In this document: positions 20,952 to 60,829 of the stretch, in pieces | Position numbering within the stretch: position 1 is the stretch's first letter | Layout: the number at the start of each line of letters is the position of its first letter | Origin: Amoebidium appalachense | Lineage: Eukaryota > Protista > Ichthyosporea | Assembly: GCA_963693365.1 (NCBI GenBank) | Contig: CAVNZM010000005.1 | Span: forward strand, 10,086,334-10,150,333 | Length of the DNA stretch: 64,000 nt | Reading direction: 5' to 3' | Made by a program: the position numbers and the translations under genes | Notes under the pieces: generated by a model | Databases searched by the model: none | What the model was told of the DNA's origin: nothing | Seen by the model: the letters and a program-made list of their open reading frames with translations, nothing else

Positions 20952-21152
20952 AGGGGGAGGGAGGAGAGGAGGGAGGGAGGGGAGAGGGAGGGAGGAGGGT
21001 TAATCATATGTTGAGATGAGACATTTCTAACTAGATGTGTGCTTTGCAGCGGTGACAGGAAAGTGAGCATCGCTACGCCATTGGTTGTCATCTACTTGCT
21101 GGCAGGATGGATACCTTCAACGATGATGTTGGCCAATCGTTGCTTATAGCAA

Positions 21153-21190
<38 letters not shown>

Positions 21191-22174
21191 CGTCTACTTC
21201 GTACTCTCTAACACATTTTTACCCCCCTCCCCCCCCCCCTCCCCCTTCTCTCCCCCTCACTGTGGTACCACCACCCAATCCAACACTACCTTGGTTGTCC
21301 TCCCACCTACTTCGTTCTTAATCTTTATGAAAATCACCCTTCTCTGCCGTCCCCCCCCCCCCCTCCCCCCCCTCCCCAGTCCACACACAAACACACACAG
21401 ACAGACACACCAGTCACACCAGTCATGTCTCTTTTCGCCCCAGAAAGGCAGGCACACATTCACACCCAAAAGGACTCACGGGCGCACACACACAGAGAGA
21501 AAGAGAGGTACACACGCGAGCCAGGCACACACGTGCACGCGTGCACACGTGCACACACACAATCCCCCCCCCCCCCCCCCCCCCCCGGCCATCCCGCCCC
21601 TCTTGACCTCCTTAATCACACACACATACACAACCCGCTTAAAGCAGGTGTATACACATGTGTAATTGATTTTTCGTATTAGCAAAACCCTAGCCGTATT
21701 CGTGACTTACCCTTTGTATCCATCATATTGTGTAACTTCAGCACGGATGTAAGAATATCATGTCTGGGTTGCAATAAGCACACAGACGTGCACGTATATG
21801 TTGTACATGCCAAAAATGCATGCTATGGCATGTTGAAGACTTGAACGTGCTCATCACCGTAATGATTTCAATAGCGTGTATGCAGTCGAAACACCGGGTT
21901 CCGATGAATGAATGTGAAACTTGTATTGTAGGAAAAAAGTGATAGTACTGTATGCCATGTATGTTACGGGCTCGGTCTGTACATATATATATAGTCGGTG
22001 TAGTTCTGAGCCTCCTGTGGGGCTGGTAACCACCTCAAGGCGGCGGTGCGACACAAATCAATTAAACAACGTTAACATCAAATTTGATCTTTGAAATAGT
22101 TGAAATCGAAAACAGCATCATGTGTATGAGCTCGACCTTGTTGTGCATGCAGTGTTCGTTGTGATATTCGTGTA

Positions 22175-22215
<41 letters not shown>

Positions 22216-22668
22216 CACTAACATTATAATATTAGTTTTGTGTGTGTGTGCGTGCTTATGTGCTAACGGCGTGGTGTTTTTAGTTTTTGTGTATGTAGAG
22301 GAGGATGGGAGAGCGAACACTTGTGTTCACGTTCTATTCATATTGCAACGTTGTGTGTGTGAGCTGTTGATAATGAGAGTATGTATACATGGCTGGGTTG
22401 AACTTCAAGTGCGATGCCAATAAAATAGCCTAGATGTAGCACTGAAAAAGATGGAGGGAGGGGAATGATAATATGCCCCGTACAATCATATTGTTGAGTT
22501 CAACCAACTCTTTAATAGTTCCGTGAGTGGACTTTTTTATTACAGTGAAGGGTTTACTTGTTGGCTGATAAGAATAAGTAGGGGTTGAGAGCGCATGCAC
22601 GTGTGTACGTGTGCAGTGCACTTTCGAATTCAGGCCTGTACATGTGTGCCACGGGATTGCCGGGCAAT

Positions 22669-22867
22669 TACCCACCGGCGTGATACCCTGGGCAAAGTGT
22701 GTGCATATAGTTAGGATTGTTTAAAGGTGTGTTAGCTTAGCTAAAAATACCGGAGCACCCTAGCTAGAGTACTGTCGGTGCTGGGTGGACCGGAAGACGG
22801 TAGTTCCCCCTGAGGGCTCAAGAGGTCCCTCCGGGAACAAAACGGGATAAAATAAAAAATAAAAAAA
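22669..22867 (+). mobile_element. Repeat family B: poly(A)-tailed non-LTR retro-insertion (SINE or 5'-truncated LINE)
   Basis: A-rich tail at 22848-22867, 15-bp direct repeats GGATTGCCGGGCAAT at 22654-22668 and 22868-22882, and homology to 61092-61233. Confidence 0.85.
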
Positions 22868-24305
22868 GGATTGCCGGGCAATGCTAGCGCATGCACAAGA
22901 CCAATGATATGCATTACCATATGCATGAATATGATAGGTACATGTATGGGGTACCTCAAAAGTATTTTCGTTTTTTGTCTATACATATTTTATCTCTTTT
23001 TTTCCCACTTCCTTCCTTCCTTTGTCTTTTTGAATCCTTTCGTTTCCTTTGAGTTCAAGGGCCGCAAGCTGGTACATAGGCCCCGGCACATTGACTATGT
23101 AGACCTACGAATAGATTCATTTACATCATCTGATTGGCTCTTCGATCTAGATCGGTAGTCTCCCCTGAGCGGCTGATCCCATCATCACGGCTCAGTTTTG
23201 TACCTGTTGTCAAGACTCTGAATATGTTTATTCAAAGCCAATAGCTATATCTATGTACTTTTAAATTAATGATTATTTACTTTCTGGCACATATTTAGTA
23301 ATGACCAAACGCTCACCCATTGACGGACCCACTAGCATGTCGCAGATGCGTATTGACCGAATCTATCAAGGGAGAAGAGAACAAAAGTAGGAGCAGTGTA
23401 AACTGCTGAGTTTCTGGCGACTATCAGAGACTACAACCGTCTAAATGTAGGAGAGCATGTTCAAGGATTTGGCGGCTAACAGTAGAAAATAGGTGTTAAT
23501 TGGACCCAAAATGTACACGGGTAATTTATGTAAATGGTGAAAGTAGGATACTTAACGTAGAATCCTGGGTAAAGCTACAGGATGTATTGGCAAAGTGTGA
23601 GCCTCTATATCTCTAGATTTGCATCCCTCCAAGAAAGGTTGCGTAATCAGTAATCCTACACTAACGGTCTAACAAACGTGCGTACATATCAGTTAAGGGA
23701 AACAGTCAATACATGCCGTAAGTGTAGTATACCTGTGTATTTTATGCATAAAAATTATATCTAAATAACATTTGTTATCAATAAAACCACATTTTTCAAT
23801 GGAAAACACCTGCGAACCCAACCCTGCGCATCACCAAAAAAATTCTACTATCACTAGTACTGTGCAACCAACCAACAGGTGCGCGTAGAGCCAATGGCAA
23901 TCAACGGTTCTATTTTTTCAGCCAATCATTATCCGTAAGAGTGAGATATTTACATTCCAGAAATTCTTATAGCAACGCTCGCAGTAAGCACAGTAAGCCA
24001 CCCTGCAGCCTAGGCTTCGTGAAACACACATTCATTTCATAGGGCCGTGCGTAAGAAAAAAACCCAGCAGACATTACACTTTCCTAAAGCCCTACGTGAA
24101 TAATTCAATGGACGCGAGCCTTATTCATTCACCTATCAAACCTACAACTGAAACTACACATTGCACGGCACACGTGTTATATACTGAGTCACTGATTCAA
24201 AAGCTTTTCCTAACGACAACGTCATACATGAACGGGTAGAGATTAAACAACCCTTTAGAGACAGATACACCTTTACATAGGCTGCCACATGTACACATGT
24301 AACAT

Positions 24306-33799
<9,494 letters not shown>

Positions 33800-35135
33800 A
33801 TAAGTCTGAAAAAGGACGGGATAACTTTATCCGAGATATGACTTCAATGATATGACCCACACTCACCCCGGGCCATAGAAAAGATTATTTCCTTAATATG
33901 AGAGGGTGGCCTAGTTTAGTTTAGTTTCAAGGCTACATAGGAAAAACTATTTCAAACGAAGCTTTTTTCGTCGTTTATAGAGAAGAGAGTGTGATATATA
34001 GTAGTGCCACTTATGCCAAATACTATAGCAGTGGATGATTGAGTGTTGATAGCGCAATGTTACAGTTGTAGTCTTGTACATATAAACCGCACCAATCCAG
34101 TACACCCTCTAAAAAAAAATCTTTTTTAAAATTTAACAGGGTTAATTTTAGTTTTGATTTACCAACCCCTTACCGTATCGATTACTTTTGGCTGACATAA
34201 ATTGATATAAATTGCATGCAGGTGATGAGTCATAAGTGGTTTGGTGGTAGATGTTTAATATGGTAAATATATCCCGTTGAAATTTCGGAAGCTTGAGCCT
34301 TTTTGATTCATTACTACTATGCATGATATGAAAGGTCAATCGCACGACCGAAAACCTAACTTTGATGAAATACTGTGATCGAAGTTAACGTGCAGTGGGT
34401 GCACCCACGTAACCACTAGTGTTTCATACACTGTATGCAAAAGTTGGTTGTGCACGACCAACTTCGTCGCAAACTCATTTTGATGAGATAACGTTCTATG
34501 TGATGTACACGGAAAAATACATAACCGTCGACTCAGAAATAAATTGAAAGTATGATGACAAGGTTCATTGTACAAGGAGCACGTTCTACTGGGGTGTGAT
34601 TCTTTAAACCATAAAAATGCTAGATGTTGAAGTCAAATCGAATCTATATATCTGATAGAGCAAAACTTTGAAAGAGTTGATGGCACATGTGAGATCATGG
34701 TTGATGGTTTGAATCTCTCGAAACTTCCTCTCAATGAATAAATTGAAACACTGTGCATATTTGCTCGTATACGTATTGAATTTGGAGAAGTGGCGGTTAC
34801 TCTGATCTATCTATTGATGTATATGGTGGGGAGGGGGGGGGGGGAGGGGGGGGGGGGGGAGGGGGGGGCCAGGAGGGAGGGGGGGGGGGGGGGGGGGGGG
34901 GGGGGAGAAAGGAGGGGTGGAATTCTCTGGCAGCTGCATGCTGCAGAGCTCTTTGCCATGATCTGTTTGTAATTATTATCTGAGATGTGTGCGTGTGCAC
35001 CTGTTTTTGCCACCCATTGCAGGTAAGGTGTGCATGTACGTGTGTGAGGCGCCATATGCATTGAATCGTGATGTGCTCATCACAATGGTAGTAACTGTTG
35101 GGAAGTTGAGGATGGTGTGTGTGTGTGTGTGTGTG

Positions 35136-35178
<43 letters not shown>

Positions 35179-35325
35179 TCATGCTATGTATGTACGATGT
35201 GAACTACAAGATCTAAGTACGTACTTAGCTAAAACACAAATCAGTATGCAACTACGTAAGGCCAAATATAGATATCCTGGGGAAAGGGGGAGAGAGGGAG
35301 GGCGGTGGTGGTGGTGGTAGTGGTT

Positions 35326-35356
<31 letters not shown>

Positions 35357-35640
35357 GAGGCGCGGGGGGAGGAGGGGGGAGGTTATAATTCGCCGCGATA
35401 CAGGGTTCTAGGTTCACAATCATGATGGGCAACGCCGATGCAGAGTGTAATTCACAAATAAAGAGTATATGCATAATAAGCAGAGTTTTAGTTTTAGGTT
35501 TAGTTTTAGTTTCAGTGATAAGCAGAGCACAACCTGACAGGGAAGCCCCAGTAATCCACACACGGCCGTGCAGTACTTCGAAGATCTGAGAAAGGGTGTG
35601 TGTGTGTGACTGTGTTTTTGTGTAGGAGGCCTGGGAAGGT

Positions 35641-35694
<54 letters not shown>

Positions 35695-36307
35695 TGGGGG
35701 AGGTTGGAGGGAGACGGGTACATGTACAGGGAAATATGCTGCTTGCACGAAGGAGGTTTATAATGGTAACTCACAGTTCCGTCACAATGACTAAGGTAGG
35801 AACATGATCATATCATGGATCGAGAGTTTGCACACATTTTTGGTTTTTGGGGTTTTGTCTTTCGCATTTTCCTCATAGAATTTTATTTTAGTGACGGTTA
35901 TGATATTAGAAAAATGGATGCTTTTTTCGATTTTCGTCGTATACAATACGACAAAATCAATGCTCCGGGTGTGTTTTACCCCACACAGAGCGATGCAATC
36001 ATACATTCAACCACCAAAGACACTTTAGATTTATAGGAGGGCAGCCTAAATACCACACGTACAGGGAAATTGCATAATCTCAACGTACGTGCAGATGAAA
36101 ATGAAATTAAGCACTTTGTCTAATATGTATATATAAACCTAACTGTACAGCGGGTTTCAATTGGATAAGGATCACACACCAACAAACTAGCACAGCCAAT
36201 AGTAGAACGGCATAGAGTCAAAGCATATAGAACATTCGCACCAACATGAAACACATAAACAAGTTATTCTTTTACCGAAAAACTGTGACAAATATCCCGT
36301 ATTATTC

Positions 36308-36383
36308 GGTATAGGTTACCAGGGCTTCACCCAAATCCCGCCTTATCCGGTATGGGTTACCAGGGCTTCACCCAAATCCCGCC
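36308..36383. repeat. ~42-bp tandem duplication
   Basis: CGGTAT(A/G)GGTTACCAGGGCTTCACCCAAATCCCGCC occurs twice. Confidence 0.85.
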
Positions 36384-36962
36384 CAACTACGTGTAATTTC
36401 AGCACATGCAAGACATTCATTCAAATCCAAACCCAGACTCATCACAAAGTACGAATCATGAAAATTTTGCCGTTTAAAAGCGAACACAAAACCATATCTG
36501 TTAGTCACCTGACCACCACGATAACCTATTTTTAGATTAGCGTTCCGTACATAGATCACAGGGCATGAAATACACCCACCACCACACTTTTCCCTATCAA
36601 CTAATATGCTAATTGCGACTTAGGAAACCATAATTGCGATAGCCCAATAGGCCATTCATCCCGGCCGCCAATCCCAAAATAGCCCCCTCCGCATCTGATA
36701 CAGCCAAAAACAACAACATACCAATCAAGAACTTCCAGTCACAGACAAAATAACCTTATATGGCATGTGTCCACTTTGTCTGAAGCCAAGGCTAGCCATT
36801 TAAACCATTCAGACCAAGCGTTTCCATTGGCCCATACCTAAAAATAGCATCCACCCACCTTGACGGCAGCCAAGCGGCCTTGGGAAAAAAAAAAAGAAGA
36901 AATCACGCCAAGAGTTTTCGGGCCATATGCCTACTTATAGCACCCACCAGCCAAAAATAGGC

Positions 36963-52896
<15,934 letters not shown>

Positions 52897-53622
52897 GTTT
52901 GATATCTAGTAGCTATAGCTATCAGTAAGTGCGTGTGCAACCGTTAAGATTCAATGAGTGTCAGCCATGTAGCCATGTGGAACCAAAGCAGAGGTAAAAT
53001 GGGCGAAAGTCAGTTCCCTGTATGAATCCCGGCCTAATATAGTAACCGTTGCTCTTGTGTTTATAAGATCAGCGAGCAGTTAACTTGTACATAACTAACT
53101 ACCTGCACAGTGCCCTGCAAGGAAGCAAAAAGAAGCAACGGTCAACCGATAACTGTCGGTGGAAGGCATCACCAGTGTGTGTGTGGTGTGTGTGCGTGTG
53201 TGTATCTGTGCTTGTGTGCATGAGTGTGTGTGCGTGTGTGTACCTGTGCTTGTGTGCATGTGTGTGTGCGTGTGTCCCCCTTTATCATCCACCAAGTACA
53301 AGCTACCCTACTTTGTGTTTTGGTGTGGTTCTCCGAGGCTGTTACAAAACACCAACAAACGACTGCAGCGACTCGGGGCAGGTGGGGTGGGGGGTGAATC
53401 GCCGATTTCGCAATCGTGTGGGGCCTTATCGCGTCAAGATCGGAATCGTCGATGTCTGCCGTAGTTTGGAAAGTGCGTGCACCAATCGAATCCCAACAAT
53501 AATGATGACGAAACTGATGATGCAGCCCAGAGCTCAAATTTTAGACATTTATTTCTTTCACCTCGTTGATCCGTGACACTACTACCTATACACCCCCACC
53601 CAGTTAGTTGTGCGTGTGTGTG

Positions 53623-53672
<50 letters not shown>

Positions 53673-53730
53673 ACATGTGCGTGTGTCTGTATGTATGTGT
53701 GTGTGTGTGTGTGCGTGCGTGCGTGCGTAC

Positions 53731-53761
<31 letters not shown>

Positions 53762-53806
53762 TGTGACAGTGTGTGCGCACGCGCGCACATGTGCTTTTTT
53801 TTTTTT

Positions 53807-53855
<49 letters not shown>

Positions 53856-54379
53856 CGGATTGATCAAGTTGTTGTGACTATTAAACAGTTACAGTACAGT
53901 TTTTCAGTTGCAGCGGTTAATTTTTGGTTCAGATGTTTCATGGCCCGCAAAATATCTAATACATCTCCACGCGTTATCTAATTTTAGATGATTGTAGCAC
54001 ATACGTATGTAAATAATTAGCATAACCAGGCTATAGCTTTAGGGGCCCATAGGCAAGTGTACCAGGTGCGCGTGGTGCACAGTCTTACATTTTGAATGGG
54101 AAGAGTGGGCAAAAGCAGCCACACAGCTATTACATATGTACGTTTAAAAAATAAATTTAAAAGTATTGCAATTGCACAAAGATAATTATAAGCCAAGTAC
54201 CAATCTTCCATAGGCAAATTTTTAACCTTAGGTGCACATACTCCTCCCTCCCCCTCCCCCCCCATCCCCTCCTGGGCCAAAAAAAAAAAAAAAAAAAAAA
54301 AGAAAAAGAGAAGGAAGAAAAAGTTTTCAAAATGCGGATATTTGCCTCTATTTTGATATAATACGAATAGGCTTTATAA

Positions 54380-55794
54380 TCGATGTCGTTTCCCCCCGAT
54401 AGCGACCAGCTCCAAATTAGGACACGTGCGCAGTGGTGAAATATCTCCCAATTTCCCGAATCTGTCGATATACCTTCCTCAGACTTGCTGCACCACTCAA
54501 CGCAGATATATCTACCAGATTGTACATCTTGGACAGAGACAACACCTCGACATCATCCCAAAGACCCACTTTCCCCAGGTTGGATATATCCAACTTGGAT
54601 AGACGTAAATTTCGGCAATGGACCCCCTTTTCAAATTTACACGATAATCTGTTACAGTCGGCAAGCGATGTGTCGCCATCTTCTTCTCTGTCGTGGCCTT
54701 GCAAAAATTCGACATATTCGATGGGGTTCGTTTTCCGCCACAGAAAGGGGGTGACATCTACCGACCTATCCATTTCATCTCGGGGGGTTTCCGTCTGTAC
54801 GAGCGTGAATTTCTTCAACCTGGGCAGAAATTGGCCGTTCCCGAACTCATCCAGGCATCCACCATCCGAGGTGTCCGAAAATTTAATCTCGGTTAGATTT
54901 GCCAACGGGCCCAGCGTCTCATAATCGAGTCCACGGACGCCGCTCACAAACAACTTCTGCAAATTCTGGCAAAGGTGCAGGTATTTAAGACTCCTCATCT
55001 CACGAGAAAGTCCTTCGATCCTGAAAATTCGTAAATTTGGGCATCGGATAGGGGGAACGTCCGTAAAAGTAAAAGCGCACACACTCAATGACTCGAGCTT
55101 CGGGAAGGGCGGAAGGGTGCGTAGGTCGACCGGCACATGAAGCTTGGCCTGTGTGTGTGTGTGTCTGTGTGTGCGGCCCGGTCTTGTGTTAGTGCACGTG
55201 TGGTTGTGTGTTCATGCAGGCCTGCGGCCTGTGTGATGTGAACTATGTGTCTGTGAACAAGCTACATGTGGTCCATCATTTATGTAAGCCCTGCGCGTGC
55301 ACGTGTGTGACAGAGCCCTTTCTATGTGTACGTGTGAGGTGTGAGTGTGCGAAAGTAAGTGTACGAGTGTTTGTGCCGGTGTGCTAGTACGTGTGTATGT
55401 ATTTATGCGCACGTCTTTGCGCGGATGTACATGTGTGAGCATTGGCGAATATCTGTGTGGAGTCTTCCTCCGTCTCTGTCTCTCTTTCGCACGTGTGTGC
55501 ACATGTGCATGAGCATGCGGTGCATACTGTGTACGAGCGTGGAAACATTTGTGTGTGCTTGCTCATATGTAAGTGTGCACATGTTTTATACAGGTAGCCA
55601 TGTGCCTATGGGTGTACTACGAAGAGAGATGTCGTACAGCAGTTTCTTGTTTTGTTTTGTTTTGTTGTTTTTTGACAAAATAAAAAAATAAAAAGCCTCC
55701 TCCTTGATACGCGCACATCAACACGTTTGTGCATGTTCACCAAAAACGCATATCCACCAATCAAATTACACACGCCAGATTCACTCAAATCCCC

Positions 55795-55833
<39 letters not shown>

Positions 55834-56440
55834 TGGGGAAAGAGAAGAAAAAAAAAAAAAAAAAAAAAGGGGGGGGGGGGGGGGGAGGGGGGAATACCAA
55901 AAATACCTTCACCAAATTTGAGTGGGATGGTGTGCACATCGTGTTCACTCATCAACATTGCCCGAGCATGGATCTCGACACCTTCCAAATTTGGAAGGTG
56001 AACCAGTACCTTAAGGTCCACGTGTCCTTGCACCGTGACGTGGATTTTGCGCAAATTTAGGCACGAACCGAGGGGCTGTGGTGTGAAAACGGCAGGAATG
56101 GGCCCAGGGTTAGCCACATACCCCCCTCCCCCTTCCCCCCCCCCCCCCCCCCCCCCCCTGCCTTAGCAAAACACACCGTAACCCGCTCAACCCACCCCCA
56201 TCCCCCATCCCCCCCCCCCCCCCCCCCAAAAAAAAAAAATAATAAAATAAAATAAAATAAAAGGGAGGGAGGGGGGGGGGGGGGGGGGGGGGGGGAGGGG
56301 AAGAAAGAAAAGGAAAAAAGAAAGAAAAAAAGAAGAAAAGACCCGAACCCATACCTACAAGGCTTAGTAGGATCTCCAACACAGCAAAAAAGGCGACTTG
56401 GAAGAAAAGATCCCCCCCCCCCCCCCTCCCCCTCCCCCCC

Positions 56441-56475
<35 letters not shown>

Positions 56476-56689
56476 CCACACACACGCACCAGACCTCGAG
56501 AAAGGAAACACATCCACACAACAGCATGCGCAAAAGGCCGACACTCACCCACTCAGCGAATCACTCACCCCGATACCAACAACATACACACAGACAGACC
56601 GAAAGTAACGAGAATACGCACAAAAACTCTCCCCTCACCCTCCCCCCATCCCCCTCACACACACATGGGTGCCAAAATTCCACAAACCC

Positions 56690-56720
<31 letters not shown>

Positions 56721-58498
56721 AGGAAAAAAAAAACAAAACAAAAAAAAACACCATCATCACCGTTGACCCACCTGCAGGGTTGGAAGAGTCCACAAACGTA
56801 TACTCAATGTCACCACATTCTTCAACAGTCCAAAGAGAACTCCATACGGGAACCCCAACGGAGCTGAACCGAGAACGAAAATTTTCAATTTTGCCCAAAG
56901 ACCCCCCTGCCTGTGTGCAAAATCCCGCCACGTCTCTTCCCGCCTCACTCCAGAAATCTCCCGACAGAGTCTTTACTTTCCCATCGTATGCTTTCAAAAT
57001 GGCGGTGCACAGCTCTCTTGTTTCCAAGTTTAGCTCCGAGGGAACCAAGTAATCCCCAATAACGCCCCAAAAGGGGCCCAACTCGATGGCTTCAACATGT
57101 GGAAACATGTCCCTGGCCGACTTTGCAGCTCCGGTAAATTCAGTTAGGTTTTCCGGATTCGTCTCGGTGATGAGAAACTGAGGCATGGTGATTTTATGGT
57201 AGGAAATTGCGCATTTCCAAGCGCGGACTGCTGCCGAGAAAGAGTCGTGGTATTGAGCAGGGAGAACGGATCTGAAAGGAAACATCGTAAAGCATTTTCT
57301 CTCGACCGCCCCCGAGCGGATGAGCCAACCGAATCGGCGGCAGGTAAGGGCGAGGGTGAGGTGATTGCTGTGGGGAAGCCGACGGAAGATGAGGATGAGA
57401 ATGTCGTCGGAGAGCCGGTCAAACGGATTGGCTGTGCATATGTGTGTGTGTTTGCGGAGGGGGGGGGGGGGGGGGGGGAGAAGGAGGAGGAGGAGGAGGG
57501 GGGGGGGGGGGGGGAAGGGGTGTGTGTGTGCACGCGCGCGCGTGCTTGCACGCGGGCGCGGGCGTGCACGCGGGCACAGGCGTGTATGTGTGTGTGTGCG
57601 CGCGTGCGTTCATGTTTTGTTGTGAGTGGATGGACGCTCTTATTTGCTTATGTATCTGCATGTGCAGTGCACATAGTGTTGCTTGCATGTGTGCACTGAA
57701 AAAGCAAGAAGCGAATGCATGAGTGATGGATGTGTGTTGGGGAGGAGGGAGGCGGGGGGGGGGGGGGGGAGGGGGGGGGGGGAGGGGGGGAGAGAGGAGG
57801 GGTTATACGGTGAGTCATCATTAAGCGGGCCGTCTGTGTGAAGCTTAAGATACACCCTAGATCACACAGTGCTGTCTACGTTTGTCATCCTGCCCATATT
57901 TTCAAGGGCCGATTGTATGGAAGAAGTGGAAAGGAAGAACAACTGCACTTGATGCATGTAGAGGCAAAAAAAAATGGTGCTTGCATGTGCTTGTGCAGCG
58001 TGTTTGCGTTAGGGAAAAGGCCGGGAGAGGGGGGGAGGGGGGGGGGAGGAGGGAGGGAGGGAGAGGGACGGGGGGAGGGAGGAAGGAGGGAGTGAAGGAG
58101 GGAGGGAGAGAGGGAGGAGTCGAGGGGAGGGCGGAGACGGGGGAAGAGAAGGAAAGAATGTAGGACAGTTGAAAAGACAGCACGAAAACCCTTCTAGGCA
58201 AGTCCGTTATGATGGGGCAAGCTTCCAATACGCCTGTCTTTCAGTGTTGCATTCACCGACGTGTGCACCTCGCGCAGGTGTGCATGCACCGAGCATATAT
58301 GTGTGCATGTAGCCTCCTTTCATAAACACGTTAGGCTGGCAACCTCGAGAAGTGCTTGGGTATGTCCAACGCTTTCCAATAAAGCGCCCAGAAGAAAAAT
58401 AACAGAGATTTGAGTCCCTCTTTTCTTCTCAACGCCGCACAGAAGCATAGCACACGAGCGCGTAGACCAGGAATTGAGATTTACACACCTTCCTCCAT
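54380..58498 (-). CDS. F-box/leucine-rich repeat protein (about 3 apparent frameshifts)
   Basis: Exon ~57430-56773 starts with an F-box, NPFDRLSDDILILIFRRLPHSNHLTLALTCRRF. LRRs follow in exons ~56074-55908 and ~55148-54380 (LPNLEGVEI, FPKLESLSV, CPNLRIFRI, CQNLQKLFV, LANLTEIKF, ISPLRTCPNLELV). The start MEE at 58498 is tentative. Frame changes fall near 56905, 55925 and 54468. Confidence 0.8.
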
Positions 58499-59614
58499 TT
58501 TCCACAAAGCGGTTACGAGTGGGCCCCCTTGCCAACGGTGGTGGCGTGTTTAGCTTTTTGGCACGACTCAGTAGGCGTGTGCCGCCGAAGGCTCTTAAAT
58601 CTTGCTCCTCTTGCCTATCATCCTACCACAAATGTCTTTCACCTGCAGGACTGTGTTGCTGTATAAAGGGCTCAATACAAAGAAAGACAGGCATTACCGT
58701 GACCAGACCGGAACCTCACTACCGCTCATATACATATCGTTAATAAATAGCACATGACTGCCCTCCCCGATCATGTCTCTACATTTTACGTTTTCCGAGT
58801 CAATTACAGTACTATAACAGTGTAATTATAAGCTAACACACTGTGCAACTGTTGTGCAACAGTGCACCGCGTCGACGTCGCAAAAGCTGCGAACTAGCCG
58901 GCGGCCGCCTGGTCCAGCCTGGCCATGGTGGGATAACGGTTACAAACCTCGGGTATTCTGTGTAGTGTATGCATGTATTCTGATTTTTCGGCCCGGGTAC
59001 CACATATCAGGAGCGGGCAATTTTTGAATTCTCCCTCCCCGGCCCCGCCGGGGAAAATTTGAGGCTTCGCCGGGGAAAATTTGAGGTTTTTGGACCTCAA
59101 AGAAGTCAAATTCTGCAAAATCCACTACCGGGAGGCCAAGAAAGGGGGTTTATGCACTTTGTATTGCTGCGGACATCGCCAGGGGCCCGATTTTTCTCAT
59201 GCTTTTCACTGTTTTTTTCTTATCACTAGTTTTTATCATAATGGTGTGTTTATATGGGTGTCGGGCGTGACAAGAGAAAGCTATGTCGAATTTCCATAGG
59301 TGGTGCACTGGTGGTTGGGGAGGGGGAGGGGAGGGCGGGGGTTCGAGAGGAGAGGACCTTGAACATGCATAACGTTTTATTTAAAGCACAGAAATTTTCT
59401 GGCGAAACCTATTCCGAAAGCAGGAGGTACAGTTCACGTACGGAAATAAAACGATGCCCAAAAACAGGAGGACAGCTGTGCGTAGAGTTTTCAAATAAAT
59501 CTAAAGGAAGAGAGATGTGGGGCCCTTAAAGTTTTTTGTTTCTTTCTTTTTTGTTCCTTTCATTCATTTCTCGTTTGTTTCAATTTCTTTTTCTTTTGCC
59601 TTTTATTAATAATA

Positions 59615-59654
<40 letters not shown>

Positions 59655-59989
59655 TTATTTATTTATTTTTATTTTTTTGAGGGGGGGGGGGGGGGGGGAG
59701 GGGGGGGGGGGGGGGGACCGTGTATCTGTGCTGGTGTGTTGTACACGTATGTGTGTGTGTGTGTTTTCTGTGCGTGTGCGTGGTTTTGGTTAGCCGTTTG
59801 GTGGGGGAGGGGGGGGGGGGGGGGGGGGGGGGCGGAGGGGGGGGGAGGGAGGGGGGGGGGGCACAAGGGAGGGATGCTAGCCTCGACTCTATGTGCGAGT
59901 TATGTACTGGGCTTGAAGGGGCGGGAGGGCAGAGAAGTGTAGGGTGTGTGTGTGTGTGCATGTGCATGTGCGGGTCACGGTGCACGGTG

Positions 59990-60034
<45 letters not shown>

Positions 60035-60660
60035 CGGGGAAATCGGATCCGGGGAGGGAGGGAGGGGGGGGGGGGGGGGGGGGGGGGGGAGGGGGGGGGG
60101 GGGGAAGGGAGAGAGGGAGAGGTACATGTACAAAGATTGCCATGAAGACATTTAGACAGACCATGAACGTTGTGACAGCGTCATTCTTGTGCTTTTAGTC
60201 CCTGATTGATGTTTAGGCAACGAATTAATTGGTGAGTAGTGTCTAATTCGTTTGAAACACAACAGATGCCAGTGCCAAGCTACACGGTACGATGTGTGTA
60301 CATGACAACAATAACAGACAGTGCACATTGTGCGCTGAAAATAGCAAAGATCCTTTACCTGAGTGCCTGGCCTTAGGAAAACAGAATACTATTATCAGAA
60401 TAACTGAAATATAATAATTGGACAATGTAATGAGCAATCTCAATGCATATTTCAAGACTTGCTTCTCGGTTTGCTAGCCTACGGAAGCAACCGGGCCACT
60501 GTTAGAAGATTTAATTTGGTGTACTGATAACTAAAAACTCCCAGGCTTCAGGGCCCCCACCCGAAAACTTATGATAACAAGGAAAACATTGAATCTCCAA
60601 AGTAAGCAGACACAATAAATGGTCTTCAATGACAGTCTTTCCCTCCCTCCCTAACCTTCT

Positions 60661-60696
<36 letters not shown>

Positions 60697-60829
60697 AAAA
60701 AAAGGAAAGAAAGAAAGAAAAGAAAGAAAGAAAGAAAAGGAGGGCAACGCTTGCTGACACACATCACATTGAAAAAGGGTAAAGAGGAAACTCTTGTCCA
60801 CAGTCACACACATACATCACCGCCGGTTT

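Noticed and set aside
54433-54924. Overlapping plus-strand 163-aa ORF
   Set aside because: It is the antisense shadow of the LRR coding exon, with no motifs of its own.
54460-56910. F-box/LRR gene as a pseudogene or recoded gene
   Set aside because: At least two of the frame changes fall in G-runs or TA repeats and the long frames have no nonsense codons, so sequencing error is more likely, although a pseudogene is not excluded.
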